A stretch of DNA of 64,000 nucleotides. Source: an uncultured Flavobacteriaceae bacterium. Its GTDB lineage: Bacteria; Pseudomonadota; Alphaproteobacteria; Micropepsales; Micropepsaceae. The stretch's first letter is position 1; each line of letters starts with the position of its first letter. The stretch is taken from positions 10,578 through 74,577 of the forward strand of contig CAZBRT010000004.1 in assembly GCA_964494625.1 (NCBI GenBank), in the 5' to 3' direction. The translations under genes and the position numbers were made by a program. Under the pieces are notes generated by a model. That model saw nothing but the letters and a program-made list of their open reading frames with translations, was not told the DNA's origin and ran no database searches. Below are positions 20,963 through 33,828 of the stretch, in pieces.

Positions 20963-23346
20963 AGCACCAGCGTTTTGACGATCATGTCGCGATAACGGGT
21001 GGGGTCGGCCGGTATGGTGACATAGCCGCCTGCCGCCCAGATCGGCGCCAGATCGTCAAAATGCGGGCTGTGCGGAATGCCGGACTGGCCGGTTGCAATC
21101 ATGAAACGACTGTTGTCGAGGTCGGCAAGGTCATAGACCGCGCGATAGCCCGACCCGTGAACACCGGCATAAGGCTGTGCGGACCCGAAGCGGTGATCCG
21201 CGCGCGCCAGCGTGAAGCCGCCGCCGTCAAACGGTACCTTGATGTCGTAGAGGTCGCGCAAGACCGGCACAAAGCCGAACGGCCAATGCGTGTTGATGAT
21301 CCGGTGCGCCTCACCCCATTGCCAGGCGGTGAAATCGTCGCCCCATTCGCCGCGCAGTTCGCTCATCGCGGCTGCAAAGGCGATTGTGGCAGCCTTGGCG
21401 CAGTCTTCGGTCTCATTCTCCGTTGCCAGATCATCGCACCAGCGCTGATGAGGGGCTGATCCCTGGATGAGCGGCCACATGAAGCCCGTGCGATAACCCC
21501 ATGCGCTGGCGAAATCTTCCCCCAGTTCATCGGCATAGACCGCGCGGCTGAAGGCGCGCATGAATGAAGCAAAGATCAGCGGCTCAGGCCGCCCCTTTGC
21601 CATGCTGAAATCCCATGCGCGCATTGCGGCAAGCGCGTCCGCGTCCTTGGGCGAAGCTGATATCAGGGGCAGGAGGTTCGGTAACGCCGCCTCGGCATAG
21701 CGGTCGTGGATGTCCATCTGCATGGCGGTCATGTTTTCGACGGTCAGGTCCGTGCGACCCTCCAGCAATTCGGCAATGCGCCAGCCGCGAAACGGCGCAT
21801 CCCACTCGCGGGTGATGATGTAGGGCCAATCATCGGGCACAAGCTGATCGTTGGCGGTTGCAAACCAGCCTTTGGCCGGATTGACCCATTGCGGGTTCTC
21901 GTCGAAGGGCACGAAGCCGATCCAGTCTTCGGTACCGGTCCAGCCGGGCGCGGGCAGAAGGCCGCGAAACACGCCGGCAGGATTGCGCATGGGGATGCGC
22001 CCCGGCATCAGGAGGCCGATCTCGCCCGTGCGGGCGGCAAAGACGATGCTCTGCACGGGGGCCACATAATTGCGCATCACCTCGCGGAATCCGGCCCAGT
22101 CGCGCACGCGTGAAATGCGGTAGGCGCTCTCGATGCTGCGGTCATCCGGCGTCAGAGCCGTCCACGAGAGCGCGAGCACTTGCCCCTCGCGGCGCAGGAA
22201 TTTCAGGGGACCTTCCGCGCCCATATCGGGCAGGACAGGGCCGTGGCGTGTGATACGAACATCTATCGTTTGGGGATCGCCAAAGCGGACATTGATCGTC
22301 TCCTTACGGATGTCGAAAGCACGCGGTCCGTCCGGTGTCTCGTAAGTGTCGGGGTCGGTCCCCAGACGCTCCACGAACAGGTCCTGCACATCGGCGCCGG
22401 TGTTGGTGAAGCCCCACGATGCCTCGCGGCTGCGCCCCAGAATGACAAAGGGCGTTCCGGGAAATGACGCGCCGACGACATCGTTGCCGGGAAATGACTG
22501 GTGGACGAGATACCAATAGGTCGGTGCGTTCATTCCCAGATGCGGGTCATTGGCGAGGATCGGCATGCCCGTCGCGCTATGCGCGCCGTCGACTACCCAG
22601 CTGTTGGACGCGGTAAAGCGCATGTCCTTGGGCAGAAGATCAAAAAGGTCATCAAGCCCTGCGGTCTTCAGGCTTTCCTGAAACAGTTCCACGGCTTCTG
22701 GAGCAAGCGCGGGTGGCTGGAGTTGGCCCAGCGCTGCCGGGTCAAGGCGCTGCAACAGGCGCGCGCGGTTGATCTCGGCAAAGGCATTGGTGGAAAGGCC
22801 CACCGCCAGCATCTTGATTGCCGCTATGGAGTCCGTCGGCTGCCAGGGTTGCGGGGTCAGCCCCAAAATCTCGAACTCGGGCGGCCACGGCCCGCGATGC
22901 TGGGCAAGATAGGCGTTTACACCCGCCGCATAGGCTTCAAGTGCCGCGCGCGTATCTGTGTCGAGCACATTCCATGCCTGATCGGCAGCGTGCGAGAGAC
23001 CGATCGTGCGGATCAGGATATCGATGTCGAGCGCGAAGCTGCCGAATGCTTCTGACAGGCGCCCGCGCACCGCCCGGCGGATGAAGTCCATCTGCCAGAG
23101 CCGGTCCTGCGCATGGGTGAAGCCCATCGCGAAAAAGACGTCGTGCTCGCTCTCGCCGGTGACGTGGGGAATGCCGTGCGCGTCGCGGGCAATCGTGACC
23201 GGCCGTTCGAGGCCGGCAACCCCTATCGTTCCCTCGTGCTGCGGTGCGCCCGAGCGGAGCCATGTCACGAAGAAAGCCGTCAGGAGGACAAGGCCGGCCA
23301 AGCCGATCAGGGTCCATCGGGCAAAAGACTTGAGAAAGCGCTTCAT
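20932..23346 (-). CDS. penicillin acylase family protein (Ntn hydrolase; possible acyl-homoserine-lactone acylase)
   Basis: About 804 aa. Signal anchor, then an SNSWVV nucleophile motif (TASNSWVVDG) typical of the beta-subunit N-terminus. Start trimmed to MKRFLKS at 23346. Confidence 0.88.
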   Translation of the reverse strand: MKRFLKSFARWTLIGLAGLVLLTAFFVTWLRSGAPQHEGTIGVAGLERPVTIARDAHGIPHVTGESEHDVFFAMGFTHAQDRLWQMDFIRRAVRGRLSEAFGSFALDIDILIRTIGLSHAADQAWNVLDTDTRAALEAYAAGVNAYLAQHRGPWPPEFEILGLTPQPWQPTDSIAAIKMLAVGLSTNAFAEINRARLLQRLDPAALGQLQPPALAPEAVELFQESLKTAGLDDLFDLLPKDMRFTASNSWVVDGAHSATGMPILANDPHLGMNAPTYWYLVHQSFPGNDVVGASFPGTPFVILGRSREASWGFTNTGADVQDLFVERLGTDPDTYETPDGPRAFDIRKETINVRFGDPQTIDVRITRHGPVLPDMGAEGPLKFLRREGQVLALSWTALTPDDRSIESAYRISRVRDWAGFREVMRNYVAPVQSIVFAARTGEIGLLMPGRIPMRNPAGVFRGLLPAPGWTGTEDWIGFVPFDENPQWVNPAKGWFATANDQLVPDDWPYIITREWDAPFRGWRIAELLEGRTDLTVENMTAMQMDIHDRYAEAALPNLLPLISASPKDADALAAMRAWDFSMAKGRPEPLIFASFMRAFSRAVYADELGEDFASAWGYRTGFMWPLIQGSAPHQRWCDDLATENETEDCAKAATIAFAAAMSELRGEWGDDFTAWQWGEAHRIINTHWPFGFVPVLRDLYDIKVPFDGGGFTLARADHRFGSAQPYAGVHGSGYRAVYDLADLDNSRFMIATGQSGIPHSPHFDDLAPIWAAGGYVTIPADPTRYRDMIVKTLVLQPSGAESAR

Positions 23347-23426
23347 CCTGATACCGCTTGGTGCCAATGGCGTGCAGAACGAGAACTGGAGCGCCACGCC
23401 CCAAAGGTCAAGCGCGGGAGACGGAA

Positions 23427-24293
23427 ATGGCCAAAGTCGCATTCATCGGATTGGGCGTCATGGGCTTTCCCATGGCGGGGCATCTGGCCAAAGCCGGGCA
23501 CGATGTCACCGTCTTCAACCGCAACCCCGCGCGGGCGCAAGGCTGGGTGGGTACGCATGGCGGCCGTCTTGCCGCAACACCGGCCGCGGCGGCCCAAGGT
23601 GCCGAGATCGTCTTTTCCTGCGTCGGGCGCGATGCCGATTTGCGCGAGATTACGCTCGGCCAGGATGGCGCCTTTGGCGCGATGGCGAAGGGCGCGGTCT
23701 TTGTCGATCACACGACGACTTCCGCCGACATTGCGCGCGAACTTGCGGGCGATGCGCAAGCGCGCGGCTTTGGCTTTGTCGATGCGCCGGTTTCGGGCGG
23801 ACAGGCGGGCGCCGAGAACGGCCAGCTCACCATCATGTGCGGCGGCGATGCGGCGAGCTATGCGAAGGCTGAGGCGGTGATGGCAACCTATGCCAAGCGC
23901 ATGCGGCTTCTGGGGGCGGCAGGCGCCGGGCAGCTCACCAAGATGGTCAACCAGATCTGCATCGCAGGTCTTGTGCAGGCCTTGTCGGAAGGCATCGCGT
24001 TTGCGGTGCGCGCGGGGCTTGATGTGGAAGCCGTGATTGACGTGATCTCGAAGGGCGCCGCGCAAAGCTGGCAGATGGAAAACCGCTGGAAGACAATGGC
24101 GGCGGGCAAGTTCGACTTCGGCTTTGCGGTTGAATGGATGCGCAAGGACCTTGGCATCTGTCTGGATGAGGCCAGGCGCAATGGCGCGCGCCTGCCTGTG
24201 ACGGCACTGGTTGACCAATTTTATGCCGAGGTGGCGGAAAAAGGCGGGGCGAGGTTCGATACGTCGAGCCTCCTCACCCGCCTCATACCATGA
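23427..24293 (+). CDS. NAD(P)-dependent oxidoreductase, 3-hydroxyisobutyrate dehydrogenase family
   Basis: MAKVAFIGLGVMGFPMAGHL Rossmann motif and DAPVSGG motif. Confidence 0.85.
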   Translation: MAKVAFIGLGVMGFPMAGHLAKAGHDVTVFNRNPARAQGWVGTHGGRLAATPAAAAQGAEIVFSCVGRDADLREITLGQDGAFGAMAKGAVFVDHTTTSADIARELAGDAQARGFGFVDAPVSGGQAGAENGQLTIMCGGDAASYAKAEAVMATYAKRMRLLGAAGAGQLTKMVNQICIAGLVQALSEGIAFAVRAGLDVEAVIDVISKGAAQSWQMENRWKTMAAGKFDFGFAVEWMRKDLGICLDEARRNGARLPVTALVDQFYAEVAEKGGARFDTSSLLTRLIP

Positions 24294-24295
24294 AA

Positions 24296-24868
24296 TTACT
24301 GCAGGCCGGCGATGAGCCCGTAGTTGATGTTGTCCGCGAGGCTGCGCTTGTCTGCGGCGCTGGCGGAACCTTCAATGAAGATGTAGGCGCGGCCGCCCGT
24401 CAGGCCGATATGAATGGCGCCATCCGGCAGGATGATGCCGGGATTGCCCCCGAATGAGTCCATTGACGCGCCGATGGATGCCGCCAATTGCGGATTGGAA
24501 AGATAGATCGCCATCGCCTCGGCCATCTGCGAGTCAATGAATACAGTCACCCGCATGGACGTGCCATCCTCGCGGGAATAGTCGCGCGACACCATGGCGC
24601 CCCCCAGATAGGCGGTCGCAACGGCATCATCGTCACCGTCGGCAATGGTCCAGCCATCAAGCGCAGGCAGGGCCTCGCGAAGCGACGCCACCATTTTCCG
24701 GCTGACCTGCTCGCGCGCCGCGTTGAGGTTGCGCAGCGTTTCGGCAGTCCGTCCGCCATCGTAGGCGCTGCGGGCGGCATCGATGCTGTCCGCGATTTCA
24801 TCGGCAAGCGCGAGCGGCGCAAGACAAAGGGTCGCGGTCGTCAGAAGGACAGTGGCAATTTTTCGCAT
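24296..24868 (-). CDS. secreted hypothetical protein
   Basis: 190 aa. Signal peptide MRKIATVLLTTATLCLAPLALA. No family recognised. Confidence 0.6.
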   Translation of the reverse strand: MRKIATVLLTTATLCLAPLALADEIADSIDAARSAYDGGRTAETLRNLNAAREQVSRKMVASLREALPALDGWTIADGDDDAVATAYLGGAMVSRDYSREDGTSMRVTVFIDSQMAEAMAIYLSNPQLAASIGASMDSFGGNPGIILPDGAIHIGLTGGRAYIFIEGSASAADKRSLADNINYGLIAGLQ

Positions 24869-24877
24869 GAAGGTTTC

Positions 24878-25291
24878 TCAGCGTTTGGCGAGAAGATCGC
24901 GGATTTCCTGAAGCAGCACTTCCTGACGCGGCGGCGCTGCCGGGGTTGCCGGCGCGGCGGGCTTGGCGACAAGCCGGTTCACCTGCTTCACCAGAATGAA
25001 CATTGCAAAGGCCACGATCACGAACTTGATCATCGCATTGATGAAGAGCCCGTAATTGATGGTGGCAGCGCCAGCCTTCTGCGCGTCGGCCAGCGAGGCA
25101 TAGTCGCCGCCGGTGAGATTGATATAGAGGTCAGAGAAATCGACGCCGCCCATCGCATAGCCGATCGGGGGCATCATCATGTCATTGACCAGCGAATTGA
25201 CGATGGCCGTGAAGGCGGTTCCCATGATGATACCGACCGCCAAGTCGATCACATTGCCGCGGGCGATGAATGACTTGAAATCCTGGAGCAT
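24878..25291 (-). CDS. mscL: large-conductance mechanosensitive channel
   Basis: [40 protein letters not shown] is the classic MscL N-terminus. Confidence 0.95.
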   Translation of the reverse strand: MLQDFKSFIARGNVIDLAVGIIMGTAFTAIVNSLVNDMMMPPIGYAMGGVDFSDLYINLTGGDYASLADAQKAGAATINYGLFINAMIKFVIVAFAMFILVKQVNRLVAKPAAPATPAAPPRQEVLLQEIRDLLAKR

Positions 25292-25306
25292 GGGTTCCCT
25301 TTCCGG

Positions 25307-27586
<2,280 letters not shown>

Positions 27587-27587
27587 C

Positions 27588-28625
27588 ATGAGTGACGCTG
27601 AACTCCTCACGGAAGTACGCGGGTCGCTGGGCCTCCTCACCCTCAACCGCCCCAAGGCGCTGAATGCGCTCACGCTCGGCATGGTCCATGCCATGGTGGC
27701 GCAGTTGAAGGTGTGGGCAGAGGATCCCGCCATCAGCACGGTCGCGGTGCGCGGGGCAGGGGATCGCGCGTTCTGCGCGGGCGGAGACGTTCGCGCGTTG
27801 TGGGAAAGCGGCATGAACCGCACCGAATATGCCAGCACGTTCTGGCATGACGAATACCAGCTGAACACCCTCATCAAGGAATATCCCAAGCCCTATGTCG
27901 CGCTGATTCATGGCCTTGTCATGGGCGGCGGGGTGGGTGTGTCTTTCCATGGCAGTCATCGTGTGGTCTGCGAGACGACAGGATTTGCGATGCCCGAAAC
28001 CGGTATCGGACTTTTTCCCGATGTCGGCGGCACCTATTTCCTGCCGCGCCTGCCGGGCCAGAGCGGCCTCTATCTCGCGCTCACGGGTGCGCGTGTGAAG
28101 GCCGCCGATTTGCGTCATCTCGGTCTTGCGACCCATATTGCGGCCTATGCGGACTTCGAGCCGATCATTGCCGCACTGGCGGCGGGCGCGGAACCGGACA
28201 GTGTACTCGCGCCCTATGTCGCCAATGCGACGGACGCGCCCATTCGCGCGCGGCAGGAGGAGATTGACGCTCTTTTTTGCGGCGATGGTGTGGAAGCGAT
28301 CCTGGCAGCGCTGGATCGGGCGCAGACGGATTTTGCACGCGAGACGGCGGCAACGATCCGCACCAAATCCCCCACCAGCCTCAAGATTGCCTATCGGCAG
28401 ATGGTGGAGGGGCGGCGGCATACATTCCGAGAATGCATGAAGCTTGAGTTCCGCGTGACGGAACGCATTCAGCAAGGCGAGGATTTTTACGAGGGCGTGC
28501 GGGCGATCATCATCGACAAGGACAATGCGCCGCGCTGGTCGCCTGCGCGGGTCGAAGATGTCACTGACGCCGCCATTGATGCCTGTTTTGCACCATTGCC
28601 TTCGGGTGAACTGACTTTCCTCTGA
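27588..28625 (+). CDS. 3-hydroxyisobutyryl-CoA hydrolase (crotonase superfamily)
   Basis: LNRPKALNAL...FCAGGDV...GLVMGGGVG...MPETGIGLFPDVGG. 345 aa, with the extended C-terminus typical of HIBCH. Confidence 0.85.
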   Translation: MSDAELLTEVRGSLGLLTLNRPKALNALTLGMVHAMVAQLKVWAEDPAISTVAVRGAGDRAFCAGGDVRALWESGMNRTEYASTFWHDEYQLNTLIKEYPKPYVALIHGLVMGGGVGVSFHGSHRVVCETTGFAMPETGIGLFPDVGGTYFLPRLPGQSGLYLALTGARVKAADLRHLGLATHIAAYADFEPIIAALAAGAEPDSVLAPYVANATDAPIRARQEEIDALFCGDGVEAILAALDRAQTDFARETAATIRTKSPTSLKIAYRQMVEGRRHTFRECMKLEFRVTERIQQGEDFYEGVRAIIIDKDNAPRWSPARVEDVTDAAIDACFAPLPSGELTFL

Positions 28626-28642
28626 TCCTGATGCGGGGACAC

Positions 28643-29533
28643 ATGAGCACGATCGGCTTTATCGGCCTTGGCCACATGGGTGGCCCGATGGCAAAAAATC
28701 TCCTGAAGGCGGGGCACAATGTCGTGGCCTGCGACCTCTCCGCAGCTGCGCTCAAGGATGCGGCAGATGCGGGCGCCCGGACGACGAGCCATGCGCGCGA
28801 GGCGGTCCGGGACGCGGAAATCGTCGTGACAATGCTGCCGGCCGGTGCGCATGTGCGCAGCGTCTATCTGGGGACAGATGGAATTCTTTCGACGGCAAGC
28901 AAAGACACGCTCTTCATCGATTCCTCGACCATCGACGTGGACAGCGCACGCGCCGTCCATGCGGCAGCCGATGCAGCGGGTCAGGCCTTTGTTGACGCGC
29001 CGGTCTCGGGCGGAACAGCGGGGGCCGCCGCGGGCACACTCACTTTCATGACCGGTGGCAGCGATACGGCTTTCGCACGCGCCAAGCCTATCCTTGCAGC
29101 CATGGGCAAGAACATCGTCCATGCGGGCGGCGCCGGCACGGGACAGGCTGCCAAGATCTGCAACAACATGCTGCTTGCCATATCCATGATCGGTGTCAGC
29201 GAAGCCTTTGTGCTTGCCGAGAAACTCGGTCTGGATGCGCAACGTCTGTTCGACATTGCCTCCACCTCGTCGGGACAATGCTGGTCCCTGACCTCCTATT
29301 GTCCCGTACCGGGACCAGTGCCTGCATCGCCCGCCAATCGTGACTATCAACCGGGATTTGCGGCTTCCCTGATGCTCAAGGACCTCAAGCTGTCGCAGGC
29401 TGCCGCGCAGGGTTCTGGCGCGCCGACGCCCCTGGGAGCGCATGCGACGCAGCTTTACGCGATGATGGATGTGGCGGGCAAAGGCGGCGATGATTTCTCC
29501 GGCATTATCCGGTTTTTGAAAGGCATTCGTTAA
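28643..29533 (+). CDS. mmsB: 3-hydroxyisobutyrate dehydrogenase
   Basis: MSTIGFIGLGHMGGPMAKNL, DAPVSGG and GQAAKICNN motifs. An alternative ATG lies at 28631. Confidence 0.9.
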   Translation: MSTIGFIGLGHMGGPMAKNLLKAGHNVVACDLSAAALKDAADAGARTTSHAREAVRDAEIVVTMLPAGAHVRSVYLGTDGILSTASKDTLFIDSSTIDVDSARAVHAAADAAGQAFVDAPVSGGTAGAAAGTLTFMTGGSDTAFARAKPILAAMGKNIVHAGGAGTGQAAKICNNMLLAISMIGVSEAFVLAEKLGLDAQRLFDIASTSSGQCWSLTSYCPVPGPVPASPANRDYQPGFAASLMLKDLKLSQAAAQGSGAPTPLGAHATQLYAMMDVAGKGGDDFSGIIRFLKGIR

Positions 29534-29619
29534 ACATCTTCCTCAAGCCTTCCGAAAGGCGCGGGGCTGTAATTTCCGGAGACGTTCCTGTTTCCTTGCG
29601 TATCCGGAGTGCGTGCCCC

Positions 29620-30150
29620 ATGAGCCATGCCCAGTTGCATCATGCAAAGACCCGTGCTGCCGAGACGGCGGGCGTGGATCCCGCACGCGCGGAACTGAAG
29701 CCGCGTTATCTCGAGACGCTCAACCGCATTGAGCGGCTGCATCGCCAGCTCCTTGATGTCATCAAGGACGAACTGGACCGCGCCAGTCCGCAGGATGTGA
29801 ACTCGGTGCAGGCGCTGCTGCTGTTCAACATCGGTGACGCCGAGATGACGGCTGGCGAGATCCGCACTCGTGGTCATTATCTGGGATCAAACGTCTCGTA
29901 CAATCTCAAGAAGCTGGTCGAGATGGGTTACATTCATCACGCCCGCTCGGAAGTGGACCGCCGCTCTGTGCGTGTTCGCCTTACGGAGAAGGGCCGTCAC
30001 GTCCACAAGCTGGTCACTGGTCTCTTCGACCGGCACACGCTGTCGGTGGAAAAGGTGGGCGGCGTCACTGCCGATGACCTCACCGCCATCAATGGCGGTT
30101 TGAAGAAGCTCGAACGCTTCTGGTCAGACCAGATCCGCTTCCGCCTCTGA
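29620..30150 (+). CDS. MarR-family winged-helix transcriptional regulator
   Basis: NVSYNLKKLVEMGYIHHARSEVDRRSVRVRLTEKG is a MarR wHTH/wing signature. Confidence 0.8.
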   Translation: MSHAQLHHAKTRAAETAGVDPARAELKPRYLETLNRIERLHRQLLDVIKDELDRASPQDVNSVQALLLFNIGDAEMTAGEIRTRGHYLGSNVSYNLKKLVEMGYIHHARSEVDRRSVRVRLTEKGRHVHKLVTGLFDRHTLSVEKVGGVTADDLTAINGGLKKLERFWSDQIRFRL

Positions 30151-30154
30151 ACCG

Positions 30155-30958
30155 TCAGTTCTTCCGTTTCGGTGGCCACGGGATAAAGCCGCTGGTGGTG
30201 GCGATGTATTCCGCATAGCCGGGCTTTGATTTCCTGAGCCCGTGCTCCAGAAGCGATTTCCCCGAGACGGAAACCAGCAGCCACGTCATGACGACGGGGC
30301 CGATCACTGTCCACAGATTGCCTTGATTGGCGGCTGCCAGAACGAAGAGCCCCCACCACATGCAAGCGTCGCCGAAATAGTTCGGGTGGCGCGTCCATGC
30401 CCAGATGCCGGTCGCGAGCACTTTGCCGTGGTTGGCCGGATCCGCCTTGAAACGGCGCAATTGCGCGTCCCCGATGGTCTCGAAGACGAGCCCTGCAAGG
30501 AAAAGTGCCAAGCCACAAATTTCGATGGGACCAAGGCCACCACGGGCGGGCTGCACAATGGCGGCCTGGACGGGCAGGGAGACGATCCACATGAGGACAG
30601 CCTGCAATCCGAACACCATGAGGAGTGACTGCAGGGCAAAGCCGCTGCCAGCCTTGCGGCGCATGGCGGCATAGCGCGCGTCCTCTTCCCGGCTTGCCCG
30701 CCAGCGGGTGAAGAGGTGAAAGCCAAGGCGCAAGCCCCAGAGACACACGCAGGCAAGGACAAGGACCGGCCGGAACCCCTTGGCACCGGCAAACGCGAAG
30801 ACAAAGATTGCAATCGCCGCAAAGCCGGGGCCCCACCAGGCATCGATGAAGCTCACATCCTTGAGGCGCAGGCTGACCAGCCAAAGCGCCAGCATGATGG
30901 CAAGGGTCATCGCGAACGCAAACCCTCCCGCCGCAACCAGTTCTTTGGTAAAGGTCAT
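30155..30958 (-). CDS. DUF1295 / steroid-5-alpha-reductase-like membrane protein
   Basis: Multi-pass membrane protein with the WAWTRHPNYFGDACMWWG motif. Confidence 0.8.
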   Translation of the reverse strand: MTFTKELVAAGGFAFAMTLAIMLALWLVSLRLKDVSFIDAWWGPGFAAIAIFVFAFAGAKGFRPVLVLACVCLWGLRLGFHLFTRWRASREEDARYAAMRRKAGSGFALQSLLMVFGLQAVLMWIVSLPVQAAIVQPARGGLGPIEICGLALFLAGLVFETIGDAQLRRFKADPANHGKVLATGIWAWTRHPNYFGDACMWWGLFVLAAANQGNLWTVIGPVVMTWLLVSVSGKSLLEHGLRKSKPGYAEYIATTSGFIPWPPKRKN

Positions 30959-30993
30959 CTCGACATTTCTCCTCAGGACGGGCGGCAAGGCGC

Positions 30994-31755
30994 ATGGGTG
31001 CGCGGTTCAGCTATCTGGAACATAGCGGGTTTTTGTGCATCGCCCACCGGGGCGGTGCGCTTGAGGCGCCGGAAAATACGATGGCCGCATTCGAGAATGC
31101 GGTCCGCAGCGGCTGCACCTATATCGAAACTGACGCCTATGCGACGCGGGACGGTTACCTATTGGCCTTCCATGATGACCGGCTCGACCGGGTGACTGAC
31201 AGGCAGGGCATGATCGAGGAAACCGATCTGGCGACCGTCCGCACGGCGCGAATCGACCACAATCACCAGATCCCGCTGCTTGAAGAGCTGTTGATCGCCT
31301 TCCCCAAGGCCAAGGTGAACATCGACGCCAAACACGACAAGGCGGTTGAACCGCTGATCGACCTCATCAAGCGTTTGGGTGCGGAGGATCGCGTCTGCCT
31401 TGGCGCATTCTCCGATTCCCGTGTGCAGAAAATGCGCGCGGCCTTCGGGGGCAGGATCTGCACGTCGCTGCCACCTGCCGAAGTGACGCGGCTTTATATG
31501 GCGAAGTTCCGGCTGCCGGTGCGCGCCATCAGTGGCGCCTGCGCGCAGGTTCCTGAACGCCATGGGCGCATCCGGCTTGTTGACCGTGCATTCCTGAAGG
31601 CGGCGCATCGCCGGAACATTCCCGTGCATGTGTGGACCGTGAATGAGCCCGCTGACATGGAGCGTCTGATCGATCTTGGCGTCGATGGTCTTGTCACCGA
31701 TCGCCCGAGCTTATTGCGAGACATTCTCAAAAAGCGGGGCATCACGGCTTCCTGA
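30994..31755 (+). CDS. glycerophosphodiester phosphodiesterase family protein
   Basis: IAHRGG...ENT...ETD...FHDD GDPD catalytic motifs. Confidence 0.88.
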   Translation: MGARFSYLEHSGFLCIAHRGGALEAPENTMAAFENAVRSGCTYIETDAYATRDGYLLAFHDDRLDRVTDRQGMIEETDLATVRTARIDHNHQIPLLEELLIAFPKAKVNIDAKHDKAVEPLIDLIKRLGAEDRVCLGAFSDSRVQKMRAAFGGRICTSLPPAEVTRLYMAKFRLPVRAISGACAQVPERHGRIRLVDRAFLKAAHRRNIPVHVWTVNEPADMERLIDLGVDGLVTDRPSLLRDILKKRGITAS

Positions 31756-31899
31756 AGCCCCGCGCCCACGTGACGCGATGACAATGATCAATGCGGCTGG
31801 CACAAGCCCTTGTCAGAAATGGATTTGCGCCCGAACATGACGCATTATCCACAGCCGCTCGGAAGGACCGAGGCGCGGCGCGGATGGCCTGAGAGGATC

Positions 31900-33114
31900 A
31901 TGAAGTACGAACGCCTCTTTCAAGACGCGATTGCCCGCGTGAAGCGCGAGGGCCGCTATCGTGTTTTCATCGACATCGAGCGGCAGCGCGGCGCATTCCC
32001 GCACGCGACGCATGTAACGCCGCAAGGGCGGCTGCCCGTTACGGTCTGGTGCAGCAATGACTATCTGGGCATGGGGCAGCACCCCAAGGTGCTGGCCGCG
32101 ATGCATTCGGCCATTGATGCGGTGGGCGCCGGTTCGGGCGGTACACGGAACATCTCCGGCACGACACATTACCATGTCGAACTTGAGCGCGAGCTTGCCG
32201 ATCTGCACGGCAAGGAATCGGCACTCATCTTCACTTCAGGTTACATCGCCAATGACGCGACGATCTCGACCATCGCGCGGCTTCTGCCCGGCTGCATCAT
32301 CTACTCCGACGAGATGAACCACGCCTCGATGATCGAGGGCATCAAGCATGCGGGCGTGCTGCGCCGCGTGTTCCGCCACAATGATCTGGCGCATCTTGAA
32401 GAGCTGATTGTCGCGGATGATCCAACCGCACCCAAGATCATTGCCTTCGAATCCGTCTATTCGATGGATGGCGACATTGGCGAACTTGCGGGCTTCTGTG
32501 ACCTTGCGCAGAAATACAATGCGCTCACCTATCTCGACGAAGTGCACGCGGTCGGCCTCTATGGGGCGCGTGGTGCGGGTGTTGCCGAGCGTGACAATGT
32601 CATGCACCGGATCGACATCATCGAGGGCACGCTGGCCAAGGCGTTTGGTGTTATGGGCGGATACATCGCCGCCAGTGCTGCGGTCGTTGACGCCGTGCGC
32701 TCCTACGCGCCGGGTTTCATCTTCACGACATCGCTTTCCCCGGTCTTGACGGCAGGCGCGCTTGCAAGCGTGCGTCACCTCAAGGAAAGCTCGCATGAGC
32801 GCGCGGCATTGTGTGAGCGGGCGGAAACGCTGAAGCGCCGGATGCTGGCGGCCGGCCTGCCGGTCATGGCCTCGTCGGTCAGCCACATCGTGCCGGTGCT
32901 GGTCGGTGATCCCGTGCGTTGCAAGCAGGTTTCCGACTGGCTGCTCTACGAGCACGGCATCTATGTGCAGCCGATCAATTATCCGACCGTACCGCGCGGC
33001 ACGGAGCGTTTGCGGTTCACGCCATCTCCCAATCATGATGACGCGTGCATCGACCGGCTGATCACGGCGCTTGATGCGGCGTGGACGCGCCTCAACATCC
33101 GCCGGGCGGCTTAG
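31900..33114 (+). CDS. hemA: 5-aminolevulinate synthase
   Basis: [20 protein letters not shown], and SMDGD with TLAKAF (PLP-lysine region). Start set to MKYERLF at 31900. Confidence 0.95.
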   Translation: MKYERLFQDAIARVKREGRYRVFIDIERQRGAFPHATHVTPQGRLPVTVWCSNDYLGMGQHPKVLAAMHSAIDAVGAGSGGTRNISGTTHYHVELERELADLHGKESALIFTSGYIANDATISTIARLLPGCIIYSDEMNHASMIEGIKHAGVLRRVFRHNDLAHLEELIVADDPTAPKIIAFESVYSMDGDIGELAGFCDLAQKYNALTYLDEVHAVGLYGARGAGVAERDNVMHRIDIIEGTLAKAFGVMGGYIAASAAVVDAVRSYAPGFIFTTSLSPVLTAGALASVRHLKESSHERAALCERAETLKRRMLAAGLPVMASSVSHIVPVLVGDPVRCKQVSDWLLYEHGIYVQPINYPTVPRGTERLRFTPSPNHDDACIDRLITALDAAWTRLNIRRAA

Positions 33115-33123
33115 GCGCCCATC

Positions 33124-33309
33124 GTGGGCCCGGGATCAAAGCGCGAAATCATCTTCGAATTCATCCGCATGGGCGGCAGCGTCAAGGTCGCTGCGATTGA
33201 TGTCGCCTCGGGCACCGAGGTCTCGATCATCGGGCCGGCCAATGCGATGGAAATGGACCTGAAACGCCTCGCCGCCGCCAAGCTTGAGCGCATGCTTTCA
33301 AAGAAGTAG
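33124..33309 (+). CDS. small conserved hypothetical protein (about 61 aa)
   Basis: GTG-start ORF EIIFEFIRMGGSVKVAAIDVASGTEVSIIGP..., followed by a strong terminator. I recall similar small alphaproteobacterial proteins, but no family was verified. Confidence 0.5.
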   Translation: MGPGSKREIIFEFIRMGGSVKVAAIDVASGTEVSIIGPANAMEMDLKRLAAAKLERMLSKK

Positions 33310-33323
33310 CCTGGAAAGGCACG

Positions 33324-33352
33324 AAAAAGGGGGCAGATGACTGCCCCCTTTT
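33324..33352. terminator. bidirectional rho-independent terminator
   Basis: AAAAA-GGGGGCAG-atga-CTGCCCCC-TTTT. Perfect 8-bp GC-rich stem flanked by an A-run and a T-run, between convergent genes. Confidence 0.8.
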
Positions 33353-33375
33353 CCAGCTTTGCCTTTGTGAGAGGC

Positions 33376-33828
33376 TTACTTCTTGTTGCGGCCGCGGCGC
33401 TTCGTGCCGGTGCCTGCCACACGGCCCAGGCCGATCTTCTTGGCGAACTCCGAACGGCGCTTGGCATAGTTGGGGGCAACGATCGGATAGTCCGACGGCA
33501 GGTTCCATTTCATCTTGTACTGCTCGGGCGTCATGCCGAAATGCGTGCGCAGGTAGCGCTTCAGCATTTTCAGCTTCTTGCCGTCCTCAAGGCAGATGAT
33601 GAAGTCGGGCGTCACCGACTTGCTGATGGCAACCGCCGGGTCGCGCGTGGCGATCTGGGTCGAATGCGCATCAGTCAGCTGGCCGAGCGTCGCATAGATC
33701 GTGCGCAGCAGGGTGGGCACTTCAGCCGTCGGTGTCTCGTTGTTTGACACATAGGCGGAAACGATTTCGGTTGCGAGTTCGAGCAGGGTGCCTGCACGGC
33801 CCGAAAATTTGTCTTCAGAGTTGGCCAA
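33376..33828 (-). CDS. mucR: MucR/Ros family zinc-finger transcriptional regulator
   Basis: ITPDFIICLEDGKKLKMLKRYLRTHFGMTPEQYKMKWNLPSDYPIVAPNYAKRRSEFAKKIGLG is the canonical Ros/MucR domain. Confidence 0.93.
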   Translation of the reverse strand: MANSEDKFSGRAGTLLELATEIVSAYVSNNETPTAEVPTLLRTIYATLGQLTDAHSTQIATRDPAVAISKSVTPDFIICLEDGKKLKMLKRYLRTHFGMTPEQYKMKWNLPSDYPIVAPNYAKRRSEFAKKIGLGRVAGTGTKRRGRNKK

